Source: Nanobdellati archaeon
Lineage (GTDB): Archaea > Nanobdellota > Nanobdellia > Woesearchaeales > GCA-2686295
Direction of reading: 5' to 3'
NCBI GenBank assembly: GCA_014384375.1
Contig: JACNFY010000017.1
Location: 1-63,060, forward strand
DNA length: 63,060 bases
In this document: one piece after another, positions 39,615 through 49,656 of the stretch
Layout of the letters: every line of letters begins with the position of its first letter
How positions within the stretch are numbered: the first letter of the stretch is position 1
Translations under genes and position numbers: made by a program
Notes under the pieces: model-generated
Database searches by the model: none
What the model saw: only the letters and a program-made list of their open reading frames with translations
Told to the model about the DNA's origin: nothing

Positions 39615-40484
39615 ATGACTTTAGGAGATGTAGTTAATGAAGGTTTGTTGGAAGAAATCTTTGATCCTAGGACGGGGATTATGCACTCAGTTGCATTTGC
39701 CTCTGGCAGTGGCACTAATTTCAGAGAAGCAGTTTTAGAATCACAAAAAGAAGACTCTAATTTTTCTATTGATTTGTTAATAACAGACAAAAAAAAGAAA
39801 AAAGGAGAGATAATAGGCGCTTTGGAGTATGCTGAAAAGTTTGGGGTAGAATCTTTTACATTGAATGGCTACAAGTTCTGCGGAAGCTGGATTAAAGCAC
39901 AAGAAACAGTTGAAGGACGTATAGCTTATGAAGAAAGAACCCAAGCCTTCAACATGGAGTTGTTGAAGAAAATACAAGATTACGAGTCATCTAACATTAT
40001 TAATTTTGACCTTGCAGTGCTTGCAGGATATATGAGACTTGTAAAAGGAGCATTGCTTAGAAGGTTTGATAGGAGAGCAATAAATGTTCATCCAGCAGCT
40101 CTTGATATTTTCAATGATAATGGAACTAGGAAGTATATTGGTGAAAACGCAGTCTTTGATGCTCTGAGTGCTGGTGAGGAAAGAACTCGCTCATCAATAA
40201 TACTTTTGGACCCAGAGACGGATGCAGGCTCAGTGCTTGTTTCAGGTTCATGGGTTGAATACACAGGAAAGAGGCCTGTCACACAGGATGAAGCTGATGA
40301 ACATCAGGAAAAACAGAAAGAAGAAAGTGATTGGCCAGCATTGAGGTTTGCATTGAGTGCAATAGCTAATGGGGAATTAGAAATCCATAGAACGACTTTT
40401 CATCATGATGGCAATCCTGCTATTGTCTATAAAGGAATAGAGCAACCGTATCAAGGAGTTGAGTTGCCTTTAGAAAATGGCTAA
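39615..40484 (+). CDS. purN: Phosphoribosylglycinamide formyltransferase (divergent)
   Basis: ASGSGTNF, LAGYMR, INVHP, DAG motifs. Confidence 0.85.
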   Translation: MTLGDVVNEGLLEEIFDPRTGIMHSVAFASGSGTNFREAVLESQKEDSNFSIDLLITDKKKKKGEIIGALEYAEKFGVESFTLNGYKFCGSWIKAQETVEGRIAYEERTQAFNMELLKKIQDYESSNIINFDLAVLAGYMRLVKGALLRRFDRRAINVHPAALDIFNDNGTRKYIGENAVFDALSAGEERTRSSIILLDPETDAGSVLVSGSWVEYTGKRPVTQDEADEHQEKQKEESDWPALRFALSAIANGELEIHRTTFHHDGNPAIVYKGIEQPYQGVELPLENG

Positions 40485-41637
40485 AAAACTAGATGATTAC
40501 GAGGATAGAGAAAAGGTAGCTATTCAAAGTGGAAAGCAAGCTCTTGCTAGGGCTCCATGGCTTTTCAACAGAACCAATCCAAAAGCAAAAGGTTTTTTCT
40601 TTGAGTTGAAAGAAAATAATATTGTTCATCCATATCATTATGCAGTGCACTGTGTTGACGGTGTTGGTACGAAGTTGTTCCTAAGTGTATGGGCTAATAA
40701 TTATGCTCTCCAGCCAATTGATGGGATAGCTATGAATGCTAATGATATGGCAACAGGAATATATGCATTCCCAGATGTAGTTAATCTTTACTTTGCAGTT
40801 CAGAGCGAGATAGAAGAGCAGCACATGGGTGAGATAATAAGTGGCTTTGTCGATGCACTTGAGAAGATTAGAATTCCGAATGCTCCTTTCGACTTGAATA
40901 TTGGAAAGATAGAGACAGCTTCTTTGGAAGAGATGATATCACTAGGAGTGCCAAACAAAGGGTGGGATGTAGGTGTTGTGATGACTGGCTACATATTAAA
41001 AGATTATGTTCCTGCTTTGAATCCACATGACGGTCACATCATTGTGGGTGTTTCGTCAACTGGTGCGCATAGCAATGGTTATACAGGAGCAAGGCATGTC
41101 TTGTTTACGCCAGATGCAGAGTATAGAGAAGAGTGGAAACCACACTATAAGGGAAGATTCCAGTTTGATGACAAACCAGATATCTTGGAAGGAATGAGTG
41201 TTATCGAAGCACTTCAAGTTCCGACAGCGTTATACATGGTAGAAGCAGCACTCATAGGTCAAAAGTTTAATATTCGCGAGATTTATGGTGTTAACATAAC
41301 AGGAAATGGTCTTGAAAATTTCAACAGGGTTGGAGAAAGAGTATCTTTTGAAATAACTGATCCTCTTGATCCTTTACCAATTCACAAGTTATTGATTCAA
41401 GAATCAGGTTGGACTCCTGAGCAGGCATACAAAAAGCAGAATATGGGAATGGGGTTTGCGTATGTTGTTCCAACATTAAATATTGCTGAAGAGGTTGTAA
41501 AATTAATAAATACTGGAGGAGAACACAGAGCAAAGATAGTTGGAGAAGTCAAGGAGAGCAAAGAAGAAGAACTCACAACGACAATCCATAGGCCCTACGA
41601 AGGAGGACCAATAACATTCACAGGTTATGCTAATTGA
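40477..41637 (+). CDS. purM: AIR synthetase
   Basis: DGVGTK, AMNAND, ETA, STGAHSNGY, NITGNG, NMGMG. Confidence 0.92.
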   Translation: MAKKLDDYEDREKVAIQSGKQALARAPWLFNRTNPKAKGFFFELKENNIVHPYHYAVHCVDGVGTKLFLSVWANNYALQPIDGIAMNANDMATGIYAFPDVVNLYFAVQSEIEEQHMGEIISGFVDALEKIRIPNAPFDLNIGKIETASLEEMISLGVPNKGWDVGVVMTGYILKDYVPALNPHDGHIIVGVSSTGAHSNGYTGARHVLFTPDAEYREEWKPHYKGRFQFDDKPDILEGMSVIEALQVPTALYMVEAALIGQKFNIREIYGVNITGNGLENFNRVGERVSFEITDPLDPLPIHKLLIQESGWTPEQAYKKQNMGMGFAYVVPTLNIAEEVVKLINTGGEHRAKIVGEVKESKEEELTTTIHRPYEGGPITFTGYAN

Positions 41638-41646
41638 GGTCTTAAA

Positions 41647-42159
41647 ATGATTGATGAAGTATTCAAGGAAACAATGAAGTCAAATACTGGCTGTGCAGTA
41701 ATTTTGGCTGGATCAGACAGCGATAAACCGCACATAGATGCAGTTGTTAAATCGTTGGATAAGTATGGTATTCCATATGAAGTAAGAATCTGCTCAGCAC
41801 ATAAGCAGCCAGACACACTTATGGAGATGATTAATGAATATAATGATGTTGGTGGCTTAGTAGCATACGTTGCTATAGCTGGTGGAACAGATGCACTGTC
41901 AGGCACATTGTCTTTCCATGCACTTGGGCCTGTTATCAGCTGTCCACCTGATGCTCCAAACGAGAGTTGCTTGACAAATCCTCCTGGAAGCTCTAACGCT
42001 TACATTGCAAAGCCTGCAAATGTTGGAAAGTTTATTGCACAACTATATGCAGGTGTCAATCCAAGATTTAAGGAATTATTAATTCAATTCAATGATAAAA
42101 AAGTTGAGAATCTGCAGGGAAAAGATGCTGAATTCAAGCAAGAATATCAGAGGAGGTAA
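41647..42159 (+). CDS. purE: AIR carboxylase PurE (class II-like)
   Basis: GSDSD, SAHK, PVISCPP. Confidence 0.9.
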   Translation: MIDEVFKETMKSNTGCAVILAGSDSDKPHIDAVVKSLDKYGIPYEVRICSAHKQPDTLMEMINEYNDVGGLVAYVAIAGGTDALSGTLSFHALGPVISCPPDAPNESCLTNPPGSSNAYIAKPANVGKFIAQLYAGVNPRFKELLIQFNDKKVENLQGKDAEFKQEYQRR

Positions 42160-42870
42160 TTGAAAATGACAATAAGAGGAAATGAATATCCAATTCCGGA
42201 GTTAATATTTCCACAACATGTTTTGTTAAGTGTCTTTGACAAAGACGGTTTGGATGAATTGGTCCAAGGATTGTTAGGAATAAACCCTAACATAATGTTC
42301 TACTCAACTGGTGGAACTGGAAAGGCCATAACTGAAATTCTAGGAGATAGAGCTTCGCAGAACTACACTTCTGTTGAGGGTTTCACAGGTTCTCCTGAAA
42401 TGGAGGGTGGTTTGGTAAAAACGCTGCATCCGAAAATTCATGCAGGTTTGCTTGGTGAGAGAGGAAACCCAGAACATGAGAGATATATTGGGGATGTAAT
42501 GGAGCAAATGACTGGAACGCCAGGTGTATATTTTGACGTATTGGTCGGAAACCTTTATCCTTTTGAGCAAATAATTATGAAATCAGATGTGACTCCTGAA
42601 GAAGCAAGAATAAACATCGATATTGGTGGACCAACAATGGTTAAGGCTGCTGCAAAGAACTGGCACAGCGTTGCAGTCTTGACAAATCCTAAACAATATA
42701 GTGATTTTGTCAGTGATTTAGTTGCGGATAAAGGTATTTCTGCAAAGCAGAGATTCAATCTGGCAAGGAGAGCATTTATTCAAGTAGGAAATTATGAGGG
42801 TGCTATAGGTAATCACTTTGCAGGCTTTGATTATACAACTGATATCCTGCCAGGGCTAAACATACAATGA
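42160..42870 (+). CDS. purH: IMP cyclohydrolase (stand-alone N-terminal half of PurH)
   Basis: LLSVFDK, STGGT, VKTLHPKIH, NLYPF, IDIGGPTM-x2-AAAKN. Confidence 0.92.
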   Translation: MKMTIRGNEYPIPELIFPQHVLLSVFDKDGLDELVQGLLGINPNIMFYSTGGTGKAITEILGDRASQNYTSVEGFTGSPEMEGGLVKTLHPKIHAGLLGERGNPEHERYIGDVMEQMTGTPGVYFDVLVGNLYPFEQIIMKSDVTPEEARINIDIGGPTMVKAAAKNWHSVAVLTNPKQYSDFVSDLVADKGISAKQRFNLARRAFIQVGNYEGAIGNHFAGFDYTTDILPGLNIQ

Positions 42871-42880
42871 GGGGAATAAA

Positions 42881-44020
42881 ATGACAGAGAAAATTCAATT
42901 AGGAAGATACGCTGAGAATCCACATCAAATGGGTTGGATGGAAAAAGATTTTTCATATAAAGGTCCTACTGTGTTGAATGAACCTTTGCATGGTTCACCT
43001 TTAGGGTATAATAATATTTTAGATGCTAATGCTGCATTGGAAGTATTATTGGATTTCAAAGGAGGACCTGGAGTTGTTGTAATCAAACATAAAAATCCTT
43101 GTGGACTTGCAACAGGAGAAACACTGAAACAGGCTTTTGAAAATGCTTGGTTGGGTGATGAGGTAAGCGCTTTTGGTTCAATTGTCGGTTATTCTCAGAA
43201 AGTCACTGAAGACGTTGTGAAATTATTGATGGGAAAATTTGTTGAAGTATTGGTAGCACCTTCCTATGACAAAGCAGCTTTGGAGTGGATACAGAGCAAG
43301 AAAGCCAAGAAAAATCTAAGGGTTATTCAAACAGGGCAATTAGATAATCCTGGTTTTATAGAGGCTCATGAAATAAGAGGTGGAAGAATTTCGCAGGAGC
43401 AAGATGACACTCTGTATCTTTGTGATACTATTGATGGATTATTTGGAGACCCTGTTGAATTGAAAGAGCCAAATAGTGGTATTGAGTATCGGGTTGGGAC
43501 TGTTTCTGATAGAAAATTTGAGATTGGAATGCAAGGTCTTGTGGAGTTCTCAATAATGGCAGGTAAGCATACAAAGTCAAATGCAATTATCTCAGCGTAT
43601 GAGTATGAAGAAGGCCAGTATAGGGTGCTAGGAATGGGCGCTGGCCAGCCAAACAGATTAGATTCTGCTCAGAAATTGTCATTGCCAAAAGCAAGAGAGA
43701 ATCTTATGAGGCAATATTTCAGAGAAAAAGGTTTGAATTATGAAATGACTATGGATAAGATGATTCAAGATGGGACCTATAGAGAAGACTTAATTGGAGA
43801 AGTTAATTCATACATCGCAAGTGTTCTCTCATCTGAAAAGGTTGTAGCATTCTCAGACGCTTTCTTCCCAAAGAGAGATGGATTAGATGCTATAGCTCGA
43901 ATGGGAGTAAAATATGTGATTTGTCCAGGCGGTTCAAAAGCAGATGAGGAAGTCATACAAGCTGCGAATGAACATGGAATAGCTATGGTATTTACTGGAA
44001 TAAGACATTTCAGACATTAG
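42881..44020 (+). CDS. purH: AICAR transformylase (stand-alone C-terminal half of PurH)
   Basis: [44 protein letters not shown]. Confidence 0.92.
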   Translation: MTEKIQLGRYAENPHQMGWMEKDFSYKGPTVLNEPLHGSPLGYNNILDANAALEVLLDFKGGPGVVVIKHKNPCGLATGETLKQAFENAWLGDEVSAFGSIVGYSQKVTEDVVKLLMGKFVEVLVAPSYDKAALEWIQSKKAKKNLRVIQTGQLDNPGFIEAHEIRGGRISQEQDDTLYLCDTIDGLFGDPVELKEPNSGIEYRVGTVSDRKFEIGMQGLVEFSIMAGKHTKSNAIISAYEYEEGQYRVLGMGAGQPNRLDSAQKLSLPKARENLMRQYFREKGLNYEMTMDKMIQDGTYREDLIGEVNSYIASVLSSEKVVAFSDAFFPKRDGLDAIARMGVKYVICPGGSKADEEVIQAANEHGIAMVFTGIRHFRH

Positions 44021-44029
44021 GAGGTTAAA

Positions 44030-45472
44030 ATGAACCACGATGTTTATCAAGAACCCTTAGTAAGCAGATACACAGATAAGGCTATGCAGAGAATTTTCTC
44101 AGATGACTTTAAATTCAGAACTTGGAGGAGATGTTGGATTGCGCTTGCAGAAGCTCAAATGGAACTTGGACTAGAACAGGTAACGCCTGAAATGGTTGAG
44201 GAATTAAAGGCTTATCAAAATTTTATAGATTATGAAGTTGTAAGAAAGAAAGAAGAAGAGATAAGACATGATGTTATGGCTCATGTTTATGAGTATGGAC
44301 TTCGGTGTCCGACTGCAAAGGGAATAATACATCTTGGAGCGACATCACAGTTTGTTGGATGCAACACTGATTTGATACAACAGAGAGAAGCTCTGAAACT
44401 CATAAAGGTCGATTTGGTGAATACTATATATAACCTTGCAAGATTCGCTGAGAAGTATAAGAATTTAGTAACCTTAGGCTTTACTCATTACCAGCCAGCA
44501 CAACCAACAACAGTTGGAAAGAGAAACACTTTGTACATTAATGACTTGCTGTTTGACATCAACCAGATTGAAAACGTTGAAGGATTAGTAATGGCAAGAG
44601 GTGCAAAAGGCACTGTTGGCACACAGGCAAGTTACCTTGAGTTATTTGATAATGACTATGAGAAAGTCAAAGAACTTGATAGATTAGTAAGCGAGAAACT
44701 AGGATTTGAAGGATATTTTCCAGTGACAGGGCAAACATACACTAGGAAACTTGATACTATAATTGCTAAAACGCTAGCAGGGACTGGTGAATCTGCTCAT
44801 AAATTCGCAGTTGACCTTAGGTTACTATCAAATCTGAAAATGCAGGAAGAGCCGTTTGCAAAGGGGCAGACAGGAAGCTCTGCAATGGCTTACAAGAGAA
44901 ACCCTATGCGCTCAGAAAGAATGACTGGATTGACAGAGAAACTGATGAACTTGTCTGTTGACTTCGCACATATACATGCCAATCAATGGTTTGAAAGAAC
45001 ATTGGATGATTCAGCAATTAGAAGAATGGATATTCCGCAGATATTCCTCTTAGCAAACGCAGTGCTGAAGTTATATCAGAACATAACTGATGGAATGGTT
45101 GTCTACCCTGCACAGATAAGAAGACATCTGAAGCAAGAATTGCCATTCATGGCAACAGAGACAATACTTATGGACTTATCCAAGAAAGGACATGACAGAC
45201 AAGAAATGCATGAGATAATAAAGATACACTCAGTTGCAGCAGGAAAAGCAGTTAAAGAGAAAGGAAAACCTAATGATCTCTTTGAAAGGCTCGCAGCTGA
45301 TCCAGCTATACCTGTAAGTAGAAAATATTTAGATGAGCTGCTTAAGAATCCAGAGAGATTTGCAGGAGCTGCAGCACAACAGACAGAAGAATTCCTACAA
45401 GAAAATGTTCAACCAGTCTTAGATAAATACCAAGATTTAATAGGTAAATCAGATTCCACAATTAATGTGTGA
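44030..45472 (+). CDS. purB: Adenylosuccinate lyase
   Basis: RHDVMAH, HLGATS, THYQPAQ, GSSAMAYKRNP. Confidence 0.97.
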   Translation: MNHDVYQEPLVSRYTDKAMQRIFSDDFKFRTWRRCWIALAEAQMELGLEQVTPEMVEELKAYQNFIDYEVVRKKEEEIRHDVMAHVYEYGLRCPTAKGIIHLGATSQFVGCNTDLIQQREALKLIKVDLVNTIYNLARFAEKYKNLVTLGFTHYQPAQPTTVGKRNTLYINDLLFDINQIENVEGLVMARGAKGTVGTQASYLELFDNDYEKVKELDRLVSEKLGFEGYFPVTGQTYTRKLDTIIAKTLAGTGESAHKFAVDLRLLSNLKMQEEPFAKGQTGSSAMAYKRNPMRSERMTGLTEKLMNLSVDFAHIHANQWFERTLDDSAIRRMDIPQIFLLANAVLKLYQNITDGMVVYPAQIRRHLKQELPFMATETILMDLSKKGHDRQEMHEIIKIHSVAAGKAVKEKGKPNDLFERLAADPAIPVSRKYLDELLKNPERFAGAAAQQTEEFLQENVQPVLDKYQDLIGKSDSTINV

Positions 45473-46940
45473 TGGAGATGGTAAAATAACTAAAAAAATA
45501 ATCTTGGAACCCGGAAGAACTTTTGGAGAGTTTAGTCTCTTACCAGGTTATACTGGTAAGGATTGTGATATTCACACTGTTAGTCTTGAGACAAAGCTTG
45601 CTGATGATTTGGTTCTTGGAATTCCTTTTTTGAGCGCTGCAATGACTTCTGTAACCGGTTATGAGATGGCTTTAGCTCTTGGAATGGAAGGAGGGCTTGG
45701 AGTTCTTCCTGTAAGAATGCTAGTATCTGAACAAGTTAGTATTGTGGAAAGAATAAAACGTCATGAAATGGGATTTGTTGAAAATCCTGATACAGCATAT
45801 GATACGCAGACAATAGAGCAGGTTTTGGGAAAGATGGACAAGCATGGCCATTCAAAGATTCCAGTTGTTGACAGGAACAATGTTTTCAAGGGCATGTTCA
45901 CAAGGAGGCATTACTGGGATGTAGGAGGTCATCCTCAAGCTCCTGTAACTGAAATAATGATGCCATTTGATTCTGATGAAAAATTGCTTTGTCATAAAAG
46001 GTCAAATATTAATATTAAAACTGCAAGAAAGCTACTAGAGGATTCTGAAAGTGATTATCTTGTTGTTCTTGACGGTCAGAGCAGGCTTGTAAAGATGGCT
46101 TTTGCAAAAGATATGAAACCCATAAGAGTCGCTTCTGCTATAAATACTCATAGAGGTTGGAGAAAACGAGTAGAGGCCAATATAGATGCAGGGGTTGATT
46201 TGATAGTGATTGATACTTCAGATGCATACGGCTATTTTGCAGAGGATGTTGTTGTTAAAAAATACAAGGATATGGATACAGGAGTTCCGATATGTGCTGG
46301 CAATCTTGTTACTTATGATGGTGCTTTAATGTTGATGAATGCAGGAGCTGACATTATCAAGGTTGGAATGTCCTCTGGCTCAATATGCACAACCCAAAGA
46401 GAGAAAGCTGTTGGCAGAGCTCCTATGACTGCTTTGATAGACGTTGATGAAGCGAGAAAACGTTATTATGATAATGCAGGAAGATATGTTCCTTTGATTG
46501 CTGATGGAGGAATATCTTCAGCAGGCGATATGATAATCGCTTTAACAGTTGCAGATGCTATAATGATGGGAAACTATTTCAACAAATTCTTTGAGGCAGC
46601 AGGAGATAAACTAGATGAAGATGGAAAGGTTACTAGGCTGGAATCAAAAATGAGGAATGTGATAACCTATGGAGAAGGTTCTGAAGAAGCTAGGAACCTT
46701 GAAAGATATGGGCATTCTGATATGATGACTTTCTTTCCAGAAGGAGTTTCATCAACAGTTGATTATGCTGGATTTATGAAACCAAGTCTCAAAGCAGATG
46801 CTTTAAGGATAAAAGCAGCGATGGTGAATGCTGGTTGTATGAATTTGCAGGAATTAAGAGAAGAATCTGTTATTGAGTTAATGTCAGAATATAGCAAAAG
46901 AATAGTTACAGAAACTCATGATATAGATACTAAAAGGTGA
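45465..46940 (+). CDS. guaB: IMP dehydrogenase with CBS subdomain
   Basis: SAAMTSVT, KVGMSSGSICTT catalytic loop, IADGGI, RY dyad, PEGVS. Confidence 0.9.
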   Translation: MCDGDGKITKKIILEPGRTFGEFSLLPGYTGKDCDIHTVSLETKLADDLVLGIPFLSAAMTSVTGYEMALALGMEGGLGVLPVRMLVSEQVSIVERIKRHEMGFVENPDTAYDTQTIEQVLGKMDKHGHSKIPVVDRNNVFKGMFTRRHYWDVGGHPQAPVTEIMMPFDSDEKLLCHKRSNINIKTARKLLEDSESDYLVVLDGQSRLVKMAFAKDMKPIRVASAINTHRGWRKRVEANIDAGVDLIVIDTSDAYGYFAEDVVVKKYKDMDTGVPICAGNLVTYDGALMLMNAGADIIKVGMSSGSICTTQREKAVGRAPMTALIDVDEARKRYYDNAGRYVPLIADGGISSAGDMIIALTVADAIMMGNYFNKFFEAAGDKLDEDGKVTRLESKMRNVITYGEGSEEARNLERYGHSDMMTFFPEGVSSTVDYAGFMKPSLKADALRIKAAMVNAGCMNLQELREESVIELMSEYSKRIVTETHDIDTKR

Positions 46941-46944
46941 TAAA

Positions 46945-48456
46945 ATGTTAGAAAAAATTGTAGGAGATGCTCAGGTAATTGCAGTTATCTGTAATCAATG
47001 GGGTGATTCAGGAAAAGGTAAGTTCTCAGATTATTTTGCTCAACATTGGGCAGATATTATTGCAAGAGGAACAGGTGGAAACAATGCAGGTCATACATCT
47101 GTTATAAATGGACAGGAAAGAATTTTTCATCTAATACCTGCAGGTATTTTTTATGATTCTATTGGGAAGATAAACGTTCTTGGCAATGGAATGGTTATTG
47201 ATCCAGAAGTTTTATGTAAGGAACTGAGTGCTTTGGATGCTGAAGGTTTAACCTATGACAATCTTATCATAAGTAAAGAGGCACATGTTATTATGCCTCA
47301 CGAAATAGCAAAAGATAGAGCAAAGAATGTGTCTCTGAAAAAGGGAAGTATTGGTTCAACAGGTCGAGGTATAGGTCCGACGTATACTGATAAAACTGCA
47401 AGATTCGGAGTTATGATAAGAGACTTGTATGATCAAGATTCTTTGGTTAAGAAACTAAATAAAGCTCAAGATGAATATCCGGAAATAGAAATAGATATTG
47501 ATGAAACAATAGCCTATTTGAAACCTTTCGCTGAGAAAATCAAACCTTTTGTCAGGAACACTTACATTGAAATGCAAAGATTTGTGAGAGATGGCAAGAA
47601 GATTCTGGTAGAAGGAGCACAAGGATTATTGTTGAGTATTGAGCATGGAACAAATCCATTTGTTACGTCTTCTGATGCCTCAAGACACGGCACCTTGTCA
47701 GGGGTTGGTTTGTCTGGAGCTGATTTGGTGTTTGGAATAGTGAAATTCCCTTTTATGACAAGAGTCGGTGGAGGGCCATTCCCAACAGAAATTGGTGGAG
47801 CAGATTCAGAGGCGTATTGCGCTAAAGGCCTTGACCACGATGTTTTTTATGAAACATCTCATTATCTGAATGCACCTATTGATCTTGTCAGGATACGATC
47901 TCTTCAGAAAAAAGATGGAATTGAAGGTCTTTCAACAAGTGAGAGAGAAGAATTAGTTGGATATGAGAAACAGACTATTGATTATATAAAATCACACAGG
48001 GAAGAAGTTGTTGGTTTAATCAATTCAAATGATCTTTTAACAAGAGGAGTAGGTATTAGATTGGCAGCTTTTGAGTATGGAGCAACAACTAAGAGACCTA
48101 GAAGGATTGGATGGACAGATGCAGTGGCTGCAAAATACGCAGTAGGTATTAATGGTCCATTAATGATACTTACCAAACCAGATTCTGTTGGAGGTCTAGA
48201 TGAATTCTCTCTCTGTTATGGATATGAAACAGACGGAACCGTAACTGAGAACTTTGACAGGGACCCTAAAGTACTTTATAATGTGAAGCCTGTCAATACA
48301 CCATACCAAGGTTATGGGGATATATCTGATGTGAGAATGTACGACAAGTTACCAGATAGCTTGACAAAAGCTATTAACGAGTTTGAAAAATTTACAAACG
48401 GACATGTTGCAATAGTCTCTGTCGGACCAGAAGCAGAACAAACGATAATAAGGTAG
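46945..48456 (+). CDS. purA: Adenylosuccinate synthetase (with internal insertion)
   Basis: QWGDSGKGK, GGNNAGHT, GSTGRGIGP, EGAQG, TRVGGGPFPT, GATTKRPRR. Confidence 0.97.
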   Translation: MLEKIVGDAQVIAVICNQWGDSGKGKFSDYFAQHWADIIARGTGGNNAGHTSVINGQERIFHLIPAGIFYDSIGKINVLGNGMVIDPEVLCKELSALDAEGLTYDNLIISKEAHVIMPHEIAKDRAKNVSLKKGSIGSTGRGIGPTYTDKTARFGVMIRDLYDQDSLVKKLNKAQDEYPEIEIDIDETIAYLKPFAEKIKPFVRNTYIEMQRFVRDGKKILVEGAQGLLLSIEHGTNPFVTSSDASRHGTLSGVGLSGADLVFGIVKFPFMTRVGGGPFPTEIGGADSEAYCAKGLDHDVFYETSHYLNAPIDLVRIRSLQKKDGIEGLSTSEREELVGYEKQTIDYIKSHREEVVGLINSNDLLTRGVGIRLAAFEYGATTKRPRRIGWTDAVAAKYAVGINGPLMILTKPDSVGGLDEFSLCYGYETDGTVTENFDRDPKVLYNVKPVNTPYQGYGDISDVRMYDKLPDSLTKAINEFEKFTNGHVAIVSVGPEAEQTIIR

Positions 48457-48468
48457 GAGGTAAAGAAA

Positions 48469-49605
48469 ATGTCAAAATATGTTGAAGAGATAAGCAAGGC
48501 AACAAGTGTGAAAAGAATTGGGCTTATCTTAAAGCCAAGTCCTGAGAGTCCAGGTATTGGAGATATGGATTATCGACCTGTATTCTCAGTGTTTGATTAT
48601 GGAACTATAGAGCCATCTGTTCCATTGGACAACAGCACAGTGGCCCTGATGGCAGGGTTTAATTTTGAATTTTTAAGAGACCAAAATATTGACTCTCATT
48701 TTCTTGGGATGGTGAATGAGGATGGAAGTCTAACAACAACAAAGAACGCTATTAGTAGAAGCTACCTGTCAAATATTATGAGAGTTAGGTTTGTAAATAG
48801 GTTGTTGCCTGAATTTAGAAATGGTAGTTGGGATTACTCAGTGTTTCAAGATTCAGCAGTGAACAATTATGTGCAACCAATAGAATTCATAATGAGAAAT
48901 GAGCTTCCAGAGAGTTCATCAGTATGGAGAAGAGTAAAGAATAGAGAATTGACACTTGCAGATATTGGTTTACCTGATGATTTCAAGCCAGGTATGCCTA
49001 TTCCAGAAGAACTAGGTGGTGTGATGCTTGACTTTAGCACAAAGTTCGAACCAGATGACAGATACCTAACTCCAGAGCAAGCAAGAGAATTGATGTCTTT
49101 AAGTCCAGAGAGATTTGAAGGAATTAATGAGACGACAAAGATAGTTAATAGATTAATGACTGATTATGCTGAGTCAAGAGGTTTCAGAAGATTGGACGGT
49201 AAATTCGAATATGTAGTGATAGTTGAAGATGGTGAGCCAAAAGATGTCCTGGCAGATGCTGTATGCACATGGCATGAGGACAGACTTACATGGGATGGAT
49301 TTGGTGTAAGTAAGCAAAGGATAAGAGACGAGGTAAAAAAGCTAAATCCTATGTGGTATGCAGATATACAGAGAGCAAAGGAGCAAGCCAAGGAGGAAGG
49401 AGTTGCTGATTTTAGAGATTTAATGGATAAAAGCATTGAATACACTTCGCCTTCATCTGCATTCTTTGAAGCAATAAACACTTTATTCCAGGCTGCAACC
49501 AACCAATGGATAGGTGAAAGACTATATTCTGTTGGTTCAAAAGAAGAAAGTCTTGAGGATAGTCTTAACAGAGCAGTGGAAGAGTTTGAAAAAGCAAAAC
49601 TTTAA
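48469..49605 (+). CDS. purC: SAICAR synthetase (long form)
   Basis: TSVK, FSVFDYG, PIEFI-x-RN, STKFE, DGKFE, EDR, SKQ-x2-R; position at end of pur cluster. Confidence 0.85.
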   Translation: MSKYVEEISKATSVKRIGLILKPSPESPGIGDMDYRPVFSVFDYGTIEPSVPLDNSTVALMAGFNFEFLRDQNIDSHFLGMVNEDGSLTTTKNAISRSYLSNIMRVRFVNRLLPEFRNGSWDYSVFQDSAVNNYVQPIEFIMRNELPESSSVWRRVKNRELTLADIGLPDDFKPGMPIPEELGGVMLDFSTKFEPDDRYLTPEQARELMSLSPERFEGINETTKIVNRLMTDYAESRGFRRLDGKFEYVVIVEDGEPKDVLADAVCTWHEDRLTWDGFGVSKQRIRDEVKKLNPMWYADIQRAKEQAKEEGVADFRDLMDKSIEYTSPSSAFFEAINTLFQAATNQWIGERLYSVGSKEESLEDSLNRAVEEFEKAKL

Positions 49606-49656
49606 TTTTTTTCTTTTTTCTATAAATTTTTAAAACTTTATCCTTTCTTAAAAAAT

